A stretch of DNA of 39,171 bases from Coleofasciculus chthonoplastes F2-STO-03 (GCA_040222015.1 JAVJWO010000015.1:1-39171), one strand, 5' to 3'. Shown: positions 1 through 9,231, counted from the stretch's first letter. Notes: generated by a model not told the origin, from the letters alone. Program-made: numbers and translations.

Positions 1-31
1 GGGGGGTTGGGAGAGGGGCTGGGGGTGAGGG
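1..31. repeat. Partial G-rich dispersed repeat (TGGGAGAGGGGCTGGGGGTGAGGG)
   Basis: The same sequence occurs at ~19367-19390, where its hairpin partner TCCCCTCTCCC is also present. Confidence 0.7.
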
Positions 32-77
32 CTGGAGACAGGTAGGGACAAAAACCACACATAACTTTACATAAATT

Positions 78-124
78 GTCTTGACAAACCGTCTTTGCCT
101 GATTTATACCTGTTTGTATACAAA
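78..124 (+). promoter_or_regulatory. Putative sigma70-type promoter/operator, copy 1
   Basis: GTCTTGACA-N12-CTGATTTATA followed by the perfect palindrome TTTGTATACAAA (113-124). The same layout recurs at 1734-1779. Confidence 0.55.
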
Positions 125-217
125 GTGAGAACCAAGTTCCAGGCTATACGCTTGTTTCCGCTTTACCCGAAGCGCGATCGCACGCCAACACCAATCTGTA
201 TCCCAGAGGCATCAGTT

Positions 218-433
218 ATGTTATCCCATTCTACTACCCCGAATATTGATGAACTCCTGCAACGCTTGGAGACAATCCTGCTTCAGGCGTGGAGTGAGAC
301 AGGTTTTGGACATATAGAAGTGAGTAGCGAACGATTTAAGGAGGATAAAATACGTGTAGTGCTTCAGGGTTCAACCCATTACCGTTATGTGATTACGAAT
401 CAGGAAGTTGAACAGAAGATGAACGGAATATGA
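218..433 (+). CDS. Small hypothetical protein (71 aa), copy 1
   Basis: ATG at 218. Near-identical to 1191-1406; DNA similarity starts only ~30 bp upstream of the ATG, which argues against the longer TTG start at 95. Confidence 0.75.
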   Translation: MLSHSTTPNIDELLQRLETILLQAWSETGFGHIEVSSERFKEDKIRVVLQGSTHYRYVITNQEVEQKMNGI

Positions 434-444
434 ATAGTGGCAAA

Positions 445-474
445 GGTGCGTTACGCTTCGCTAACGCACCCTAC
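445..474. repeat. REP-like palindrome, family GTAGGGTGCGTTA...TAACGCACC
   Basis: Hairpin ending in CTAC. Related copies at 1506-1557, 7859-7888, 23278-23307, 23541-23563 and 24687-24716. Confidence 0.85.
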
Positions 475-543
475 ACTATTTAAATTCAGAAAGACGTTAT
501 GATAATAAACGGAATAACTCCGACTTTTAAGGAGAAAGCTACT

Positions 544-987
544 ATGTCAAGTAAAACTAGCCACCCAATGGGAAAAGTTTTCACAACTCTGACGATTGTG
601 AATCGAGCCGACCAAATTAGAGCGGAAGATGGGACAATTAGCCCCGAACAAATTCGGTCAATTACACTGGAAAATGTATTAGTAGATACAGGAGCCACAA
701 CCTTGTGTTTGCCACAAGACGCCATTGTCAAACTCGGATTGAAAATCCTCAAAGAAGTAGACGTGGCTACAGCAATGGGCATTGGCAAAGCCCGAATTTT
801 TCAAGATGCCAAACTATCAATGTTTGGTCGGGAAGGAACCTTTGAGTGTTTGGAATTACCCGGCGGTGGCGATGCGCTTTTAGGCGTGATCCCGTTAGAA
901 TCGTTGGGGTTAGAAATAGACATACAAAATCAAACACTGAAGCCTTTACCAATCAGTCCAACAGAAACCTATTTGACGATATTGTAG
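544..987 (+). CDS. Clan AA (retropepsin-like) aspartyl protease
   Basis: LVDTGAT catalytic motif and C-terminal ALLGVIPLE motif. AAGGAG RBS before ATG 544. Confidence 0.85.
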   Translation: MSSKTSHPMGKVFTTLTIVNRADQIRAEDGTISPEQIRSITLENVLVDTGATTLCLPQDAIVKLGLKILKEVDVATAMGIGKARIFQDAKLSMFGREGTFECLELPGGGDALLGVIPLESLGLEIDIQNQTLKPLPISPTETYLTIL

Positions 988-1190
988 AGAACGAGAAAGG
1001 GCGCATACCGTCATTGGAGTCAACACGTCTCTACAATCAAGATTCAGTTCCTGTTGATTGGGAAACGATAAAAGTTGATAGCTTTATGATACCTTTTGAT
1101 ACCTTCCGGTGGGTTTTTCTGGAGAACGATTCGGTTTAATGGATTCAGTTGGACTTACCAACACCAGTTTGTATGGCAGAGGCATTAGTT

Positions 1191-1406
1191 ATGTTATCCC
1201 AATCGACTACCCCGAATATCGATGAACTCCTGCAACGCTTGGAGACAATCCTGCTTCAGGCGTGGAGTGAGACAGGTTTTGGACATATAGAAGTCAGTAG
1301 CGAACGATTTAAGGAGGATAAAATACGGGTGATTCTTCAGGGTTCAACCCACTATCGTTATGTGATTACGAATCAGGAAGTTGAACAGAAGATGAACGGA
1401 AGGTGA
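1191..1406 (+). CDS. Small hypothetical protein (71 aa), copy 2
   Basis: Differs from copy 1 at only 3 residues (H/Q, V/I, I/R); most nucleotide differences are synonymous. Confidence 0.75.
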   Translation: MLSQSTTPNIDELLQRLETILLQAWSETGFGHIEVSSERFKEDKIRVILQGSTHYRYVITNQEVEQKMNGR

Positions 1407-1505
1407 ACGGTACGTTTACTCGATTGTCATCACTGCGTTATACTTCCTTCGCTAAGTCGAGTCTGTCATTAAAGCACGCGATCGCACTCTATTTGCACTC
1501 TATTT

Positions 1506-1557
1506 GTAGGGTGCGTTAGCGTTCGCGCAGCGTTCCCGCAGGGTAGCGTAACGCACC
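1506..1557. repeat. REP-like palindrome with expanded loop
   Basis: GTAGGGTGCGTTAGC...GCGTAACGCACC. Confidence 0.8.
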
Positions 1558-1733
1558 TTAACTCATACTGGGAGGAAATTTATTTCTGGGTTGCCAAGTC
1601 AGTAATATTTCTCTTAATTCTGACTTTTCACGGTATCTGGCGCAACGTTTGTCGGGGCGGGTTTTCAGACTTCCCGTGAAAAGTCAGCGCCTCGCAGGGG
1701 GGAATGAGGGGGGAGAAAAAGTGTGCATTTTTG

Positions 1734-1779
1734 GTCTTGACAGAGAACCGGGGACTGATTTATATATATTTTATACAAA
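1734..1779 (+). promoter_or_regulatory. Putative promoter/operator, copy 2, upstream of the HTH-exporter operon
   Basis: GTCTTGACA-N12-CTGATTTATA...TATACAAA, with the same spacing as 78-124. Confidence 0.55.
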
Positions 1780-1848
1780 CTTATACATTGTGAAAAACCG
1801 GATAATCCTTGTGACCAATCCCTGCCCATCCCCAATGCAAGTATAGAG

Positions 1849-2466
1849 ATGTCAAACCACCAATTCCCACCCAACCTGGGTCAACGCCGCACTCCGGGTA
1901 AGTCTAGCGGTCAATACCTGACCCCCTTTCAGCGCAAACGACTGCAAAAAAGTCTGCAAGAGGACTTACCAAAACACTATCGCCAGCGCCTGCAAATCAT
2001 GCTGTTAGCCGACGAGGGTAAAACCCAAGCCCAAATTTGTCAGGCGTTGAACTGTTCCCCCATCACCGCCCGACATTGGATGCTGATTGCCCGTAGCGGT
2101 GAGGCGCATAATTGGCAATCCCATCCCATTGGACGTCCTAAAGCCGTGAATGAAGAGTATCTGCAACGCTTACAAGAATTAGTCACTCAGAGTCCCCGCG
2201 ACATAGGCTATTCCTTTCGCAACTGGACCGCCCAGAAGTTAAGCCAACACCTGGCTAGAGAATTTGGCATTGAAGTGAGCGATCGCCATATTAATCGATT
2301 ATTGAAAAAAATGGGACTCTCGACTCGCCCCAAACCCCCTCAATCCGACACTCCCACCCATCCAGAGGAGGATTCAGATAAGCGGATTGTGATTAGCAAC
2401 CTCACCCCCAGCCATACCCCTGAAACCCAGGATGTGTGGCAATTTAATCCGATTAACATGAGTTGA
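1849..2466 (+). CDS. Helix-turn-helix protein resembling the IS630-family transposase DNA-binding region, no DDE domain; likely cluster regulator
   Basis: RLQIMLLADEGKT..I..ALNCS..TARHW, GRP, and W-T...L..HL...FGIEVSDRHINRLLKKMGL motifs. Ends 14 bp before the exporter ATG. Confidence 0.75.
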   Translation: MSNHQFPPNLGQRRTPGKSSGQYLTPFQRKRLQKSLQEDLPKHYRQRLQIMLLADEGKTQAQICQALNCSPITARHWMLIARSGEAHNWQSHPIGRPKAVNEEYLQRLQELVTQSPRDIGYSFRNWTAQKLSQHLAREFGIEVSDRHINRLLKKMGLSTRPKPPQSDTPTHPEEDSDKRIVISNLTPSHTPETQDVWQFNPINMS

Positions 2467-2480
2467 GGTGCACACCCATT

Positions 2481-5189
2481 ATGGTACAAACTCCACCCCG
2501 AATTTCCCGTCAACACCTTAGTGATTGTCTCGGACATGATTTTAGCGAGTCGCAATTCAGCAATTGTCTGAAACAGATTAAAATCCTTGAACCCAAACTC
2601 GGTCAATTTTGGCAATCGGATCAATCTGAAGCCGGACTTTACCTAATTATCACGGGCAAAGTTAGACTCATTGACGCTAACGGTGAACTGATTACCACCC
2701 TGAAACCAAAAGACACCTTTGGCGAAGTCACGTTTTTTCCCGATGAACCCTTTCACCCCTACTCCGCTAGGGCATCCCGTCATCTCCAATTATCCTACAT
2801 TCCCCCAACCCTCCTCTTTTCCCTCGTCCAAAACCATCCTCATATTCGGGATCATCTTTATCATCGGGCAAAGGTGAGGAATTCTCAGTTTAGTTCCGGG
2901 GATAATTTAGCCGTAACCCCAGTTATTCCAGAGGACACGGACACCCCAGAGGAATTAACAAACGGGCAGCAAACCATCAGCAAAGCCGACTTTCCCAATC
3001 CTACCCAGAAAGTCGGTCATCTCTGGCAGCGCATCACCCGCCGCTATCCCTTTTATGCCCAACAAAGTGCCTCGGATTGTGGGGCGGCTTGCTTAGTTAT
3101 GGTGGGTCGGTATTGGGGGAAAAAATTAAGTGTGAATCGCCTCAGAGATATCGCCAATGTTAACCGCAATGGTGCATCTCTACGGGGACTATCCGCCGCC
3201 GCTGAAAGTATTGGCTTTTCCACGCGACCCGTAAAAGCCAGTTTAGACCAACTCGCCCAACAACCGCTTCCGGCAATTGTTCACTGGGACGGAAATCATT
3301 ATATCGTTGTCTATGAAATTACGGCAAATCAGGTGATTGTCGCCGACCCAGCTATTGGTCAACGCAGTCTGACTCCGGAGGAATTTAACGCCAGTTGGAC
3401 AAGTTTTTCCCTCCTCTTGCAACCCACCGCTTTATTACAGGAAACCGAGGAGGCGACGACTCCCTTCTGGCAATTCTTTGAGTTAGTTAAACCCCACGGA
3501 TTTGTCCTCCTGGAAGTCTTCATTGCTTCCCTGCTGATTCAAATCTTCGGATTAATTACGCCCCTATTCACCCAACTCCTATTAGACCGAGTAGTTGTCC
3601 AAGGAAGCAACCTCACCTTAACCGCTGTTGGTTTAGGAATGCTAATTTTTGGTCTGTTCCGCGTCGCCATGACTGGATTGCGGCAATATTTATTAGACCA
3701 TACCGCGAATAAGGTTAACTTAGCCCTAATTGTCGGCTTTATTCGCCATACCTTCCGCCTCCCCCTTTCTTTCTTCGAGTCTCGTTATGTGGGGGATATT
3801 ATGTCACGGGTGCAAGAAAACCAGAAAATTCAGCGTTTTCTTACGGGTGAAGCCCTATCCATTTTACTTGACTTACTTACGGTTTTTGTGTATGTGGGGT
3901 TAATGTTCTGGTATAGCTGGAAAATGGCGCTATTGGCATTAGTGATTGTCCCGCCGTTTGTCCTACTGGCATTAATTGCCACCCCCTTCCTACGCCGCAT
4001 TTCCAGAGAGATATTTAATGCCTTTGCGGTAGAAAATAGCTATCTAATTGAATCCCTCACCGGAGTTCGCACCGTCAAATCAATGGCGGTAGAACAAACC
4101 GTGCGTTGGCGCTGGGAGGAACATCTACTGCAATCGGTGAAAAAGATGTTTTCGGGGCAGATTATTAGCAATCGCCTGCAAATTTTTAGCTCAACTCTAG
4201 AAACGGTGGTGACGACGGGGTTACTCTGGTTTGGCGCGTCGTTAGTGATTCAAAATGAACTGACGATTGGGCAATTAGTGGCATTTAATATGTTAATCGG
4301 CAACGTAATTACGCCCTTTGAACGATTAACCGTACTCTGGAATCAGTTACAGGAAGTGATTATTGCCGTTGAGCGAATTAATGATGTCATTGATACCGAA
4401 CCGGAAGAAAATTTACAAGCATCGGTGCGGCAAAGTTTACCGGAGTTAAAGGGAGAGATTCAGTTTGATCAGGTGACGTTTCGGTATCACCCCGAAAGCG
4501 ATATTAATGTCCTAGAAAACTTGAGCTTTACGGTAAACCCCGGTCAAACCGTCGCCCTAGTTGGACGCAGTGGTTCAGGAAAAACCACGATATCTAAATT
4601 AATTTTAGGACTGTATCCAACTACAGATGGGAAGGTGTTAATTGATGGGCAAGATATCACCAGTTTATCCCTCCAATCCCTGCGCCAACAAATCGGGGTT
4701 GTAGACCAAGATACCTTCTTATTTGGTAGCACCATCCGGGAGAATATTAGCATTGGTCATCCCTCAGCCACCCTGGACGAAATCATCACCGCCGCCCAAC
4801 AAGCCGGGGCGGATGAGTTCATCAAAAAGCTACCCATGGGGTATGAAACCCAGATAGGGGAAGGGGGTGGAATGTTATCAGGAGGACAAAGACAACGACT
4901 CGCGATCGCGCGGGCGTTATTAGGTAATCCCCGCTTACTTATTTTAGATGAAGCCACGTCTCATTTAGACGCTGAATCTGAACGAATTATTCAGACCAAT
5001 TTCAACACAATTCTCCAAGGACGAACCACGTTAATTATTGCCCACCGCCTGTCCACAGTTCGCAAAGCGGATTTAATTCTCGTGTTAGATAAAGGGGTTT
5101 TAGTCGAAAGTGGCACGCATCACCAATTAATGGCAAAACGCGGTCATTATTATTACCTGAATCAGCAACAAATGGATCGGACAGAATAA
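2481..5189 (+). CDS. Peptidase-containing type I secretion ABC transporter (cNMP-binding + C39 peptidase + TMD + ATPase; LanT/HlyB-like)
   Basis: cNMP-like LYLIITGKVRL..FGE. C39 triad motifs QQSASDCGAAC, HYIV and DPA. Walker A GRSGSGKT, signature LSGGQRQR, ILDEATSHLD, IAHRLST. Confidence 0.95.
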   Translation: MVQTPPRISRQHLSDCLGHDFSESQFSNCLKQIKILEPKLGQFWQSDQSEAGLYLIITGKVRLIDANGELITTLKPKDTFGEVTFFPDEPFHPYSARASRHLQLSYIPPTLLFSLVQNHPHIRDHLYHRAKVRNSQFSSGDNLAVTPVIPEDTDTPEELTNGQQTISKADFPNPTQKVGHLWQRITRRYPFYAQQSASDCGAACLVMVGRYWGKKLSVNRLRDIANVNRNGASLRGLSAAAESIGFSTRPVKASLDQLAQQPLPAIVHWDGNHYIVVYEITANQVIVADPAIGQRSLTPEEFNASWTSFSLLLQPTALLQETEEATTPFWQFFELVKPHGFVLLEVFIASLLIQIFGLITPLFTQLLLDRVVVQGSNLTLTAVGLGMLIFGLFRVAMTGLRQYLLDHTANKVNLALIVGFIRHTFRLPLSFFESRYVGDIMSRVQENQKIQRFLTGEALSILLDLLTVFVYVGLMFWYSWKMALLALVIVPPFVLLALIATPFLRRISREIFNAFAVENSYLIESLTGVRTVKSMAVEQTVRWRWEEHLLQSVKKMFSGQIISNRLQIFSSTLETVVTTGLLWFGASLVIQNELTIGQLVAFNMLIGNVITPFERLTVLWNQLQEVIIAVERINDVIDTEPEENLQASVRQSLPELKGEIQFDQVTFRYHPESDINVLENLSFTVNPGQTVALVGRSGSGKTTISKLILGLYPTTDGKVLIDGQDITSLSLQSLRQQIGVVDQDTFLFGSTIRENISIGHPSATLDEIITAAQQAGADEFIKKLPMGYETQIGEGGGMLSGGQRQRLAIARALLGNPRLLILDEATSHLDAESERIIQTNFNTILQGRTTLIIAHRLSTVRKADLILVLDKGVLVESGTHHQLMAKRGHYYYLNQQQMDRTE

Positions 5190-5231
5190 TTTGTCATTTG
5201 TCATTTGTCATTTGTCATTTGTCATTTGTTA
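5190..5231. repeat. STRR heptamer tandem repeat (TTTGTCA)x5 plus one imperfect copy
   Basis: Read directly. Similar arrays at ~20467-20508, ~23233-23260 and ~23583-23612. Confidence 0.9.
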
Positions 5232-5265
5232 TTCGTCAGACGCTTCAAAAGCACGTCTCTACATT

Positions 5266-6777
5266 ATGAACTCCAATCATACTCCCACCCCTCTCTTGAC
5301 CTCTGCGCCAACCTCTGCGGAACTCTGCGTTTCCCAAAAAAATCCCCCCTCTGACTGGTCCTATGCAACAAAAGAACTGCTGGATACCTTACCCCAAGTT
5401 TGGACAAGGGGACTGTTATATTTCTTAATTTTGTTTGCCGCGATCGCACTTCCTTGGGCAATGTTAACTGAAGTCGAAGAAACCGGAAGTGCTAGAGGGC
5501 GATTAGAACCCAAAGAACCCACCGTCAAACTGGAATCCTCTGTCGGCGGTACAATTATCAACCTCCCCGTTACTGAAGGAAACCGCGTCAAAAATGGACA
5601 AACATTACTCGCCCTCGAATCCGACATCGTGCGGTCAGAAATTGAGCAACTTCGTAGTCAATTAGACGGTCAAAAAAATCGCCTAAATCAGTTAGCCGTC
5701 CTCAAAAATCAGTTAGACCTTGCCCTCCATACCCAGCAGCGGCAGAACCAATCCCAAGAACTAGAAAAACAGTCTCAAATTGAACAAGCCCGACAAAACT
5801 TTAATGCCCTTGAGAGTACCTACACCCTGGAAAAAGCGGAAAAACTGGCTCAAGTAAACCAAGCAAAACAAGCCATTGCCTCCAGTCAAGCTGCCTACAA
5901 TCAAGCCCAAGTTAATTTAATCGAGGCAAAAGATAAAGTTCAACGCTACCGTAAAGCCTTTGAAGCCGGCGCCATTTCCACCGACCGCTTTACCGAATCA
6001 CAAAACCTGGTTAAAGTCAACATAGAACGCTTAGTTCAAGCCGAATCAGACATCTCCCAAGCCCGGTTACGGCTCAAAGAACAACAAGGCAGTTATGACC
6101 GAATTCTCCATCAAACTCAAGCCGAAATTGAGCAGGCAAAACTACGCCTACAGGAGCAAGAAAAAAGCTATGATACCCTAGTTCATTCCGGCAAACTAGC
6201 AGTTCTGAGAATTCAGGAACAACTCAAGAACCTAGAAACTCAGATGACCACACTCCAAACTGAAATCAAGCAAAGCGAAAGCCAAATTGCCGCCAAAGAC
6301 ATTGAACTCAAGCAGCGAGTCTTCAAAGCACCAGAAAGCGGCACCGTCTTTGGTTTACCAGATAAAGGAGTCGGGGCGGTGGTACAACCCGGAGAATTAA
6401 TTGCCGAGATTGCGCCCCAGGGTTCCACCTTAATTCTTAAAGCCCAAATGCCCACGGCTGAAAGTGGGGCGTTACAGGAAGGAATGGAGGTTAAGCTCAA
6501 ATTTGATGCCTATCCATTCCAGGATTATGGTGTGGTGGAGGGCAAACTAATTCGCAAATCGCCTACCTCTAAAGTCACCGAAACCGCTCAGGGTCAAGTG
6601 ACCAATTTTGAGTTAGAAATTGAGCTAAATCAGACCTGTATTGCTACCAAAAATCAATGTTTAGAGTTGAAACCAGGGGATACAGCCACGGCTGAAGTTA
6701 TCGTGCGGCGGCGAAAGATTATTGACTTTATTATTGACCCATTTAAGAAGTTACAAAAAGGAGGATTAGAACTTTGA
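5266..6777 (+). CDS. HlyD-family membrane fusion protein
   Basis: N-terminal TM helix, ARGRLEP, long coiled coil, VFKAPESGTV, KFDAYPFQDYG, LKPGDTATAEV. The ORF-track start at 5191 lies in the STRR array, so ATG 5266 is used. Confidence 0.93.
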   Translation: MNSNHTPTPLLTSAPTSAELCVSQKNPPSDWSYATKELLDTLPQVWTRGLLYFLILFAAIALPWAMLTEVEETGSARGRLEPKEPTVKLESSVGGTIINLPVTEGNRVKNGQTLLALESDIVRSEIEQLRSQLDGQKNRLNQLAVLKNQLDLALHTQQRQNQSQELEKQSQIEQARQNFNALESTYTLEKAEKLAQVNQAKQAIASSQAAYNQAQVNLIEAKDKVQRYRKAFEAGAISTDRFTESQNLVKVNIERLVQAESDISQARLRLKEQQGSYDRILHQTQAEIEQAKLRLQEQEKSYDTLVHSGKLAVLRIQEQLKNLETQMTTLQTEIKQSESQIAAKDIELKQRVFKAPESGTVFGLPDKGVGAVVQPGELIAEIAPQGSTLILKAQMPTAESGALQEGMEVKLKFDAYPFQDYGVVEGKLIRKSPTSKVTETAQGQVTNFELEIELNQTCIATKNQCLELKPGDTATAEVIVRRRKIIDFIIDPFKKLQKGGLEL

Positions 6778-6845
6778 TGTTCGCTCGCTCGTTCGCTCGT
6801 AGTAGGCACTTTAGTGCCATAAAACCTAACCCCCCAGCGAGTCTG

Positions 6846-6889
6846 AAAGCCTCTCTCCTTGCAGGAGAGAGGTTTGGAGAGAGGTTTTC
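6846..6889. repeat. Dispersed hairpin repeat AAAGCCTCTCTCCTTGCAGGAGAGAGGTTTGGAGAGAGGTTTTC
   Basis: Reverse-complement copy with one mismatch at 13115-13158. Confidence 0.9.
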
Positions 6890-6968
6890 CATAACCCGTG
6901 AAACGTAAGAAAACAATAGGGGTAGAAAGAAACTCCCCAGAAAACTCTAATTATTTAGGAGAAAAATC

Positions 6969-7712
6969 ATGTCACAAGCCATCACAATTACCAACCAAGA
7001 CATCCTGCATCACCTCAAACTCGCTTGTCAGATTCCCACAATTATCGAAGGAATTATCACCCGCAAAGTTATTAACTCAGCGGCGACTGAAGCCAGTATC
7101 CAAGTCGAAACCGCCGAATTACAACAAGCAGCAGATCAAATGCGGTTCATGAATAAACTGCTCAATGCGGATGACACCTGGGCGTGGCTGCAAAAATTCG
7201 CCCTTTCTCTGGATGATTTTGAAGAGATGGTTTATATCAATGTCCTTTCCGGAAAATTAGCCCAGCATTTGTTTGGTGATAAAGTGGAACCCTGGTTTTA
7301 TGAACATCAATTAGACTATGCAGCGGCGGTGATGTATGAAGTGGTTTTGGATGATGAAGATTTAGCCCTAGAGTTGTTTTATGAACTTCAGGAAGCAGAA
7401 ACCAGTTTTGCGGAGATTGCTCAGGAGTATATTCAGGAGGAAGAATTACGGCGCAAGGGAGGATATTTAGGATTGGTTAAACGCCAGCAAATGAAACCAG
7501 AGATTTCGGCGAAAGTGTTTGCGGCGACGCCAGGGGAGGTGTTGAAGCCAATTGTCACGTCTAAGGGGGTGCATTTGATTAAGGTTGAGGAGATTATTCA
7601 GCCGGAGTTGGATGACAAGCTGCGTTATCAGATTCTTTTGGAGTTGTTTGAAGGGTGGTTAAAGCGACAGGTTGAGGAGGTGGAGGTGGTGACGGCTATG
7701 GGCGAATCTTAG
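6969..7712 (+). CDS. PpiC/parvulin-type peptidyl-prolyl isomerase (T1SS-associated foldase)
   Basis: SFAEIAQEY..GGYLG..PEISAKVFA..PIVTSKGVHLIKVEE. AGGAG RBS. Confidence 0.88.
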   Translation: MSQAITITNQDILHHLKLACQIPTIIEGIITRKVINSAATEASIQVETAELQQAADQMRFMNKLLNADDTWAWLQKFALSLDDFEEMVYINVLSGKLAQHLFGDKVEPWFYEHQLDYAAAVMYEVVLDDEDLALELFYELQEAETSFAEIAQEYIQEEELRRKGGYLGLVKRQQMKPEISAKVFAATPGEVLKPIVTSKGVHLIKVEEIIQPELDDKLRYQILLELFEGWLKRQVEEVEVVTAMGES

Positions 7713-7730
7713 TTAACTTAACCGTTTACT

Positions 7731-7780
7731 GGGCGGTTGAAACCGCAGCTACACAAACGAAACCCGCCTGCGCGGGTTTC
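7731..7780. repeat. Two-hairpin dispersed repeat (family A)
   Basis: GGCGGTTGAAACCGC-AGCTACACAAAC-GAAACCCGCCTGCGCGGGTTTC. Relatives at 28151-28206 (reverse) and 36771-36826. Confidence 0.8.
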
Positions 7781-7858
7781 AAAGTAGGTATAAAAATCCA
7801 CAAAATATAGTATTTAGGTATGAGTTTAATTGTATTAATTTACCCCTAGCCTCTATCT

Positions 7859-7888
7859 GTAGGGTGCGTTACGCTTCGCTAACGCACC
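7859..7888. repeat. REP-like palindrome
   Basis: GTAGGGTGCGTTACGCTTCGCTAACGCACC. Confidence 0.85.
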
Positions 7889-8041
7889 ATTGGCACTGTT
7901 TTAACAGGTTCAAACCTTACCTGATAGATGATGAGGGTACAATGTCAATAGAGTTTTTTCAGCGTGATCGAGGTAAAAATCCCAAAGGAATCGTTGCTAT
8001 TGATTTACGAAGGTGGGAACCATGATTAAGAACGAACACGA

Positions 8042-8069
8042 GTAGAGACGTAGCATGCTACGTCTCTAC
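8042..8069. repeat. Perfect palindrome, family GTAGAGACG...CGTCTCTAC
   Basis: GTAGAGACGTAGCATGCTACGTCTCTAC. Relatives at 26617-26644, 28836-28859 and 36689-36712. Confidence 0.9.
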
Positions 8070-8169
8070 AAATTTGGGCGTGTTGATTACCAGCAATCTT
8101 GACGCTTACCGTGAAGGTAATGCAAATGCTAGTTCAGCTTATTAACTTATAAAAAAATCTATTGCCTAT

Positions 8170-8562
8170 TTAATTATTATCTAATAATTCTAGCTGATTT
8201 TCGGATATTCTCAACCTTAAAAAAGATGCAACTTGAGATGCGATATCCCTATCATTCCGAGATATATATAGCCAGACTTGTCCTTGATTATGCTTCGGAA
8301 TATAACTAAGTAATTTCAACCTCTGCACTCTGACAACTAATGCTGTTCTTAACCAGCTTTTATTGAGTGTAACTGAGTCAATGTATTGAATGGGAATTAT
8401 CACCTCTTTTATTCCAGATTTAAGAATACCAAAAAGGTTATCTTTAATCTCAAACTCTAAGGTTAAGGCATCCTCATCAACTCGCACGATTCCTTGAGCT
8501 TTGGCAAAGCCTTCATACACATTGGCAAATGAGAAGGGGAGGATAATAGACGGTATTGTCAT
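8170..8562 (-). CDS. Hypothetical protein (130 aa), possibly PH-like beta fold
   Basis: Clean ORF with alternating beta-strand patterns and a C-terminal amphipathic helix. Directly downstream of the precursor genes. Confidence 0.7.
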   Translation of the reverse strand: MTIPSIILPFSFANVYEGFAKAQGIVRVDEDALTLEFEIKDNLFGILKSGIKEVIIPIQYIDSVTLNKSWLRTALVVRVQRLKLLSYIPKHNQGQVWLYISRNDRDIASQVASFLRLRISENQLELLDNN

Positions 8563-8629
8563 TTTATGGACTATTTAAAATGGCTTCATAATTATTATAA
8601 ACATTATTGCTTGCTCGAACTATGCCCAT

Positions 8630-8668
8630 AAATAAAATGCCTGCCTCGAAAACAAGTCAAAGGCAGGC
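8630..8668 (-). terminator. Likely intrinsic terminator downstream of precursor 1
   Basis: GCCTGCCT-loop-AGGCAGGC stem followed by a U-rich tract on the minus strand. Confidence 0.6.
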
Positions 8669-8749
8669 GCAGACTGAACAAATCTAGATTTGATTAACTC
8701 CCATGTTTAGGAGAAAGTGATTAAAAAATTTAGGCAAGAGTTTGCTTAC

Positions 8750-8938
8750 TTACCACCAACTTTTTTTAGCACCGTAGATCGTAAGAGCAGTGCCAGCTAT
8801 AAAGCTAACACACAAAGGAGAGGAACCACCGTGCGTCATAGTCAGCTCATCATTCGTTAGCTCATTGAGATAGCTTTCGGAATCCCCAAATAATTCGGAA
8901 CCCGTGGGACGCAGGTTAGAGATTTGAATCGTAGCCAT
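8750..8938 (-). CDS. RiPP precursor peptide A1 (38-aa double-glycine leader + 24-aa core SSPLCVSFIAGTALTIYGAKKSWW)
   Basis: Leader ELTNDELTMTHGG fits the C39 cleavage consensus and is homologous to the A2 leader. GGAGG RBS upstream of ATG 8938. Confidence 0.9.
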   Translation of the reverse strand: MATIQISNLRPTGSELFGDSESYLNELTNDELTMTHGGSSPLCVSFIAGTALTIYGAKKSWW

Positions 8939-9231
8939 TGATTGATTTTCCTCCAATTCATGTTCGTCTTGATTGTCGATACTATTGAATCAATATCGAC
9001 ACTTATATTTAATCAAATATAAAACCTATAAACAACCTTGTGTACTGATTTTAAAAGACCTTATTTTTAATTTTTAAATGGCTGATCAATGAGTAAAACA
9101 AGCAGGGCGATAGCTCTGGTGAGCTAAAAATAGTTATTTCAATGCAAAATCCTCTAGAATTAACTCAATATTTTATTTTTTTTGTCTTATTTTATTGAAG
9201 TATATATAAAATCTATTTGAGGGTTTAGCTG

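Noticed and set aside
1849..2466. Active IS630 element
   Set aside because: No DDE domain or terminal inverted repeats are seen, and the gene is operon-integrated.
5191..5265. N-terminal extension of HlyD (MSFVICHLSFVIC)
   Set aside because: It is a translation of the TTTGTCA repeat; ATG 5266 is more plausible.
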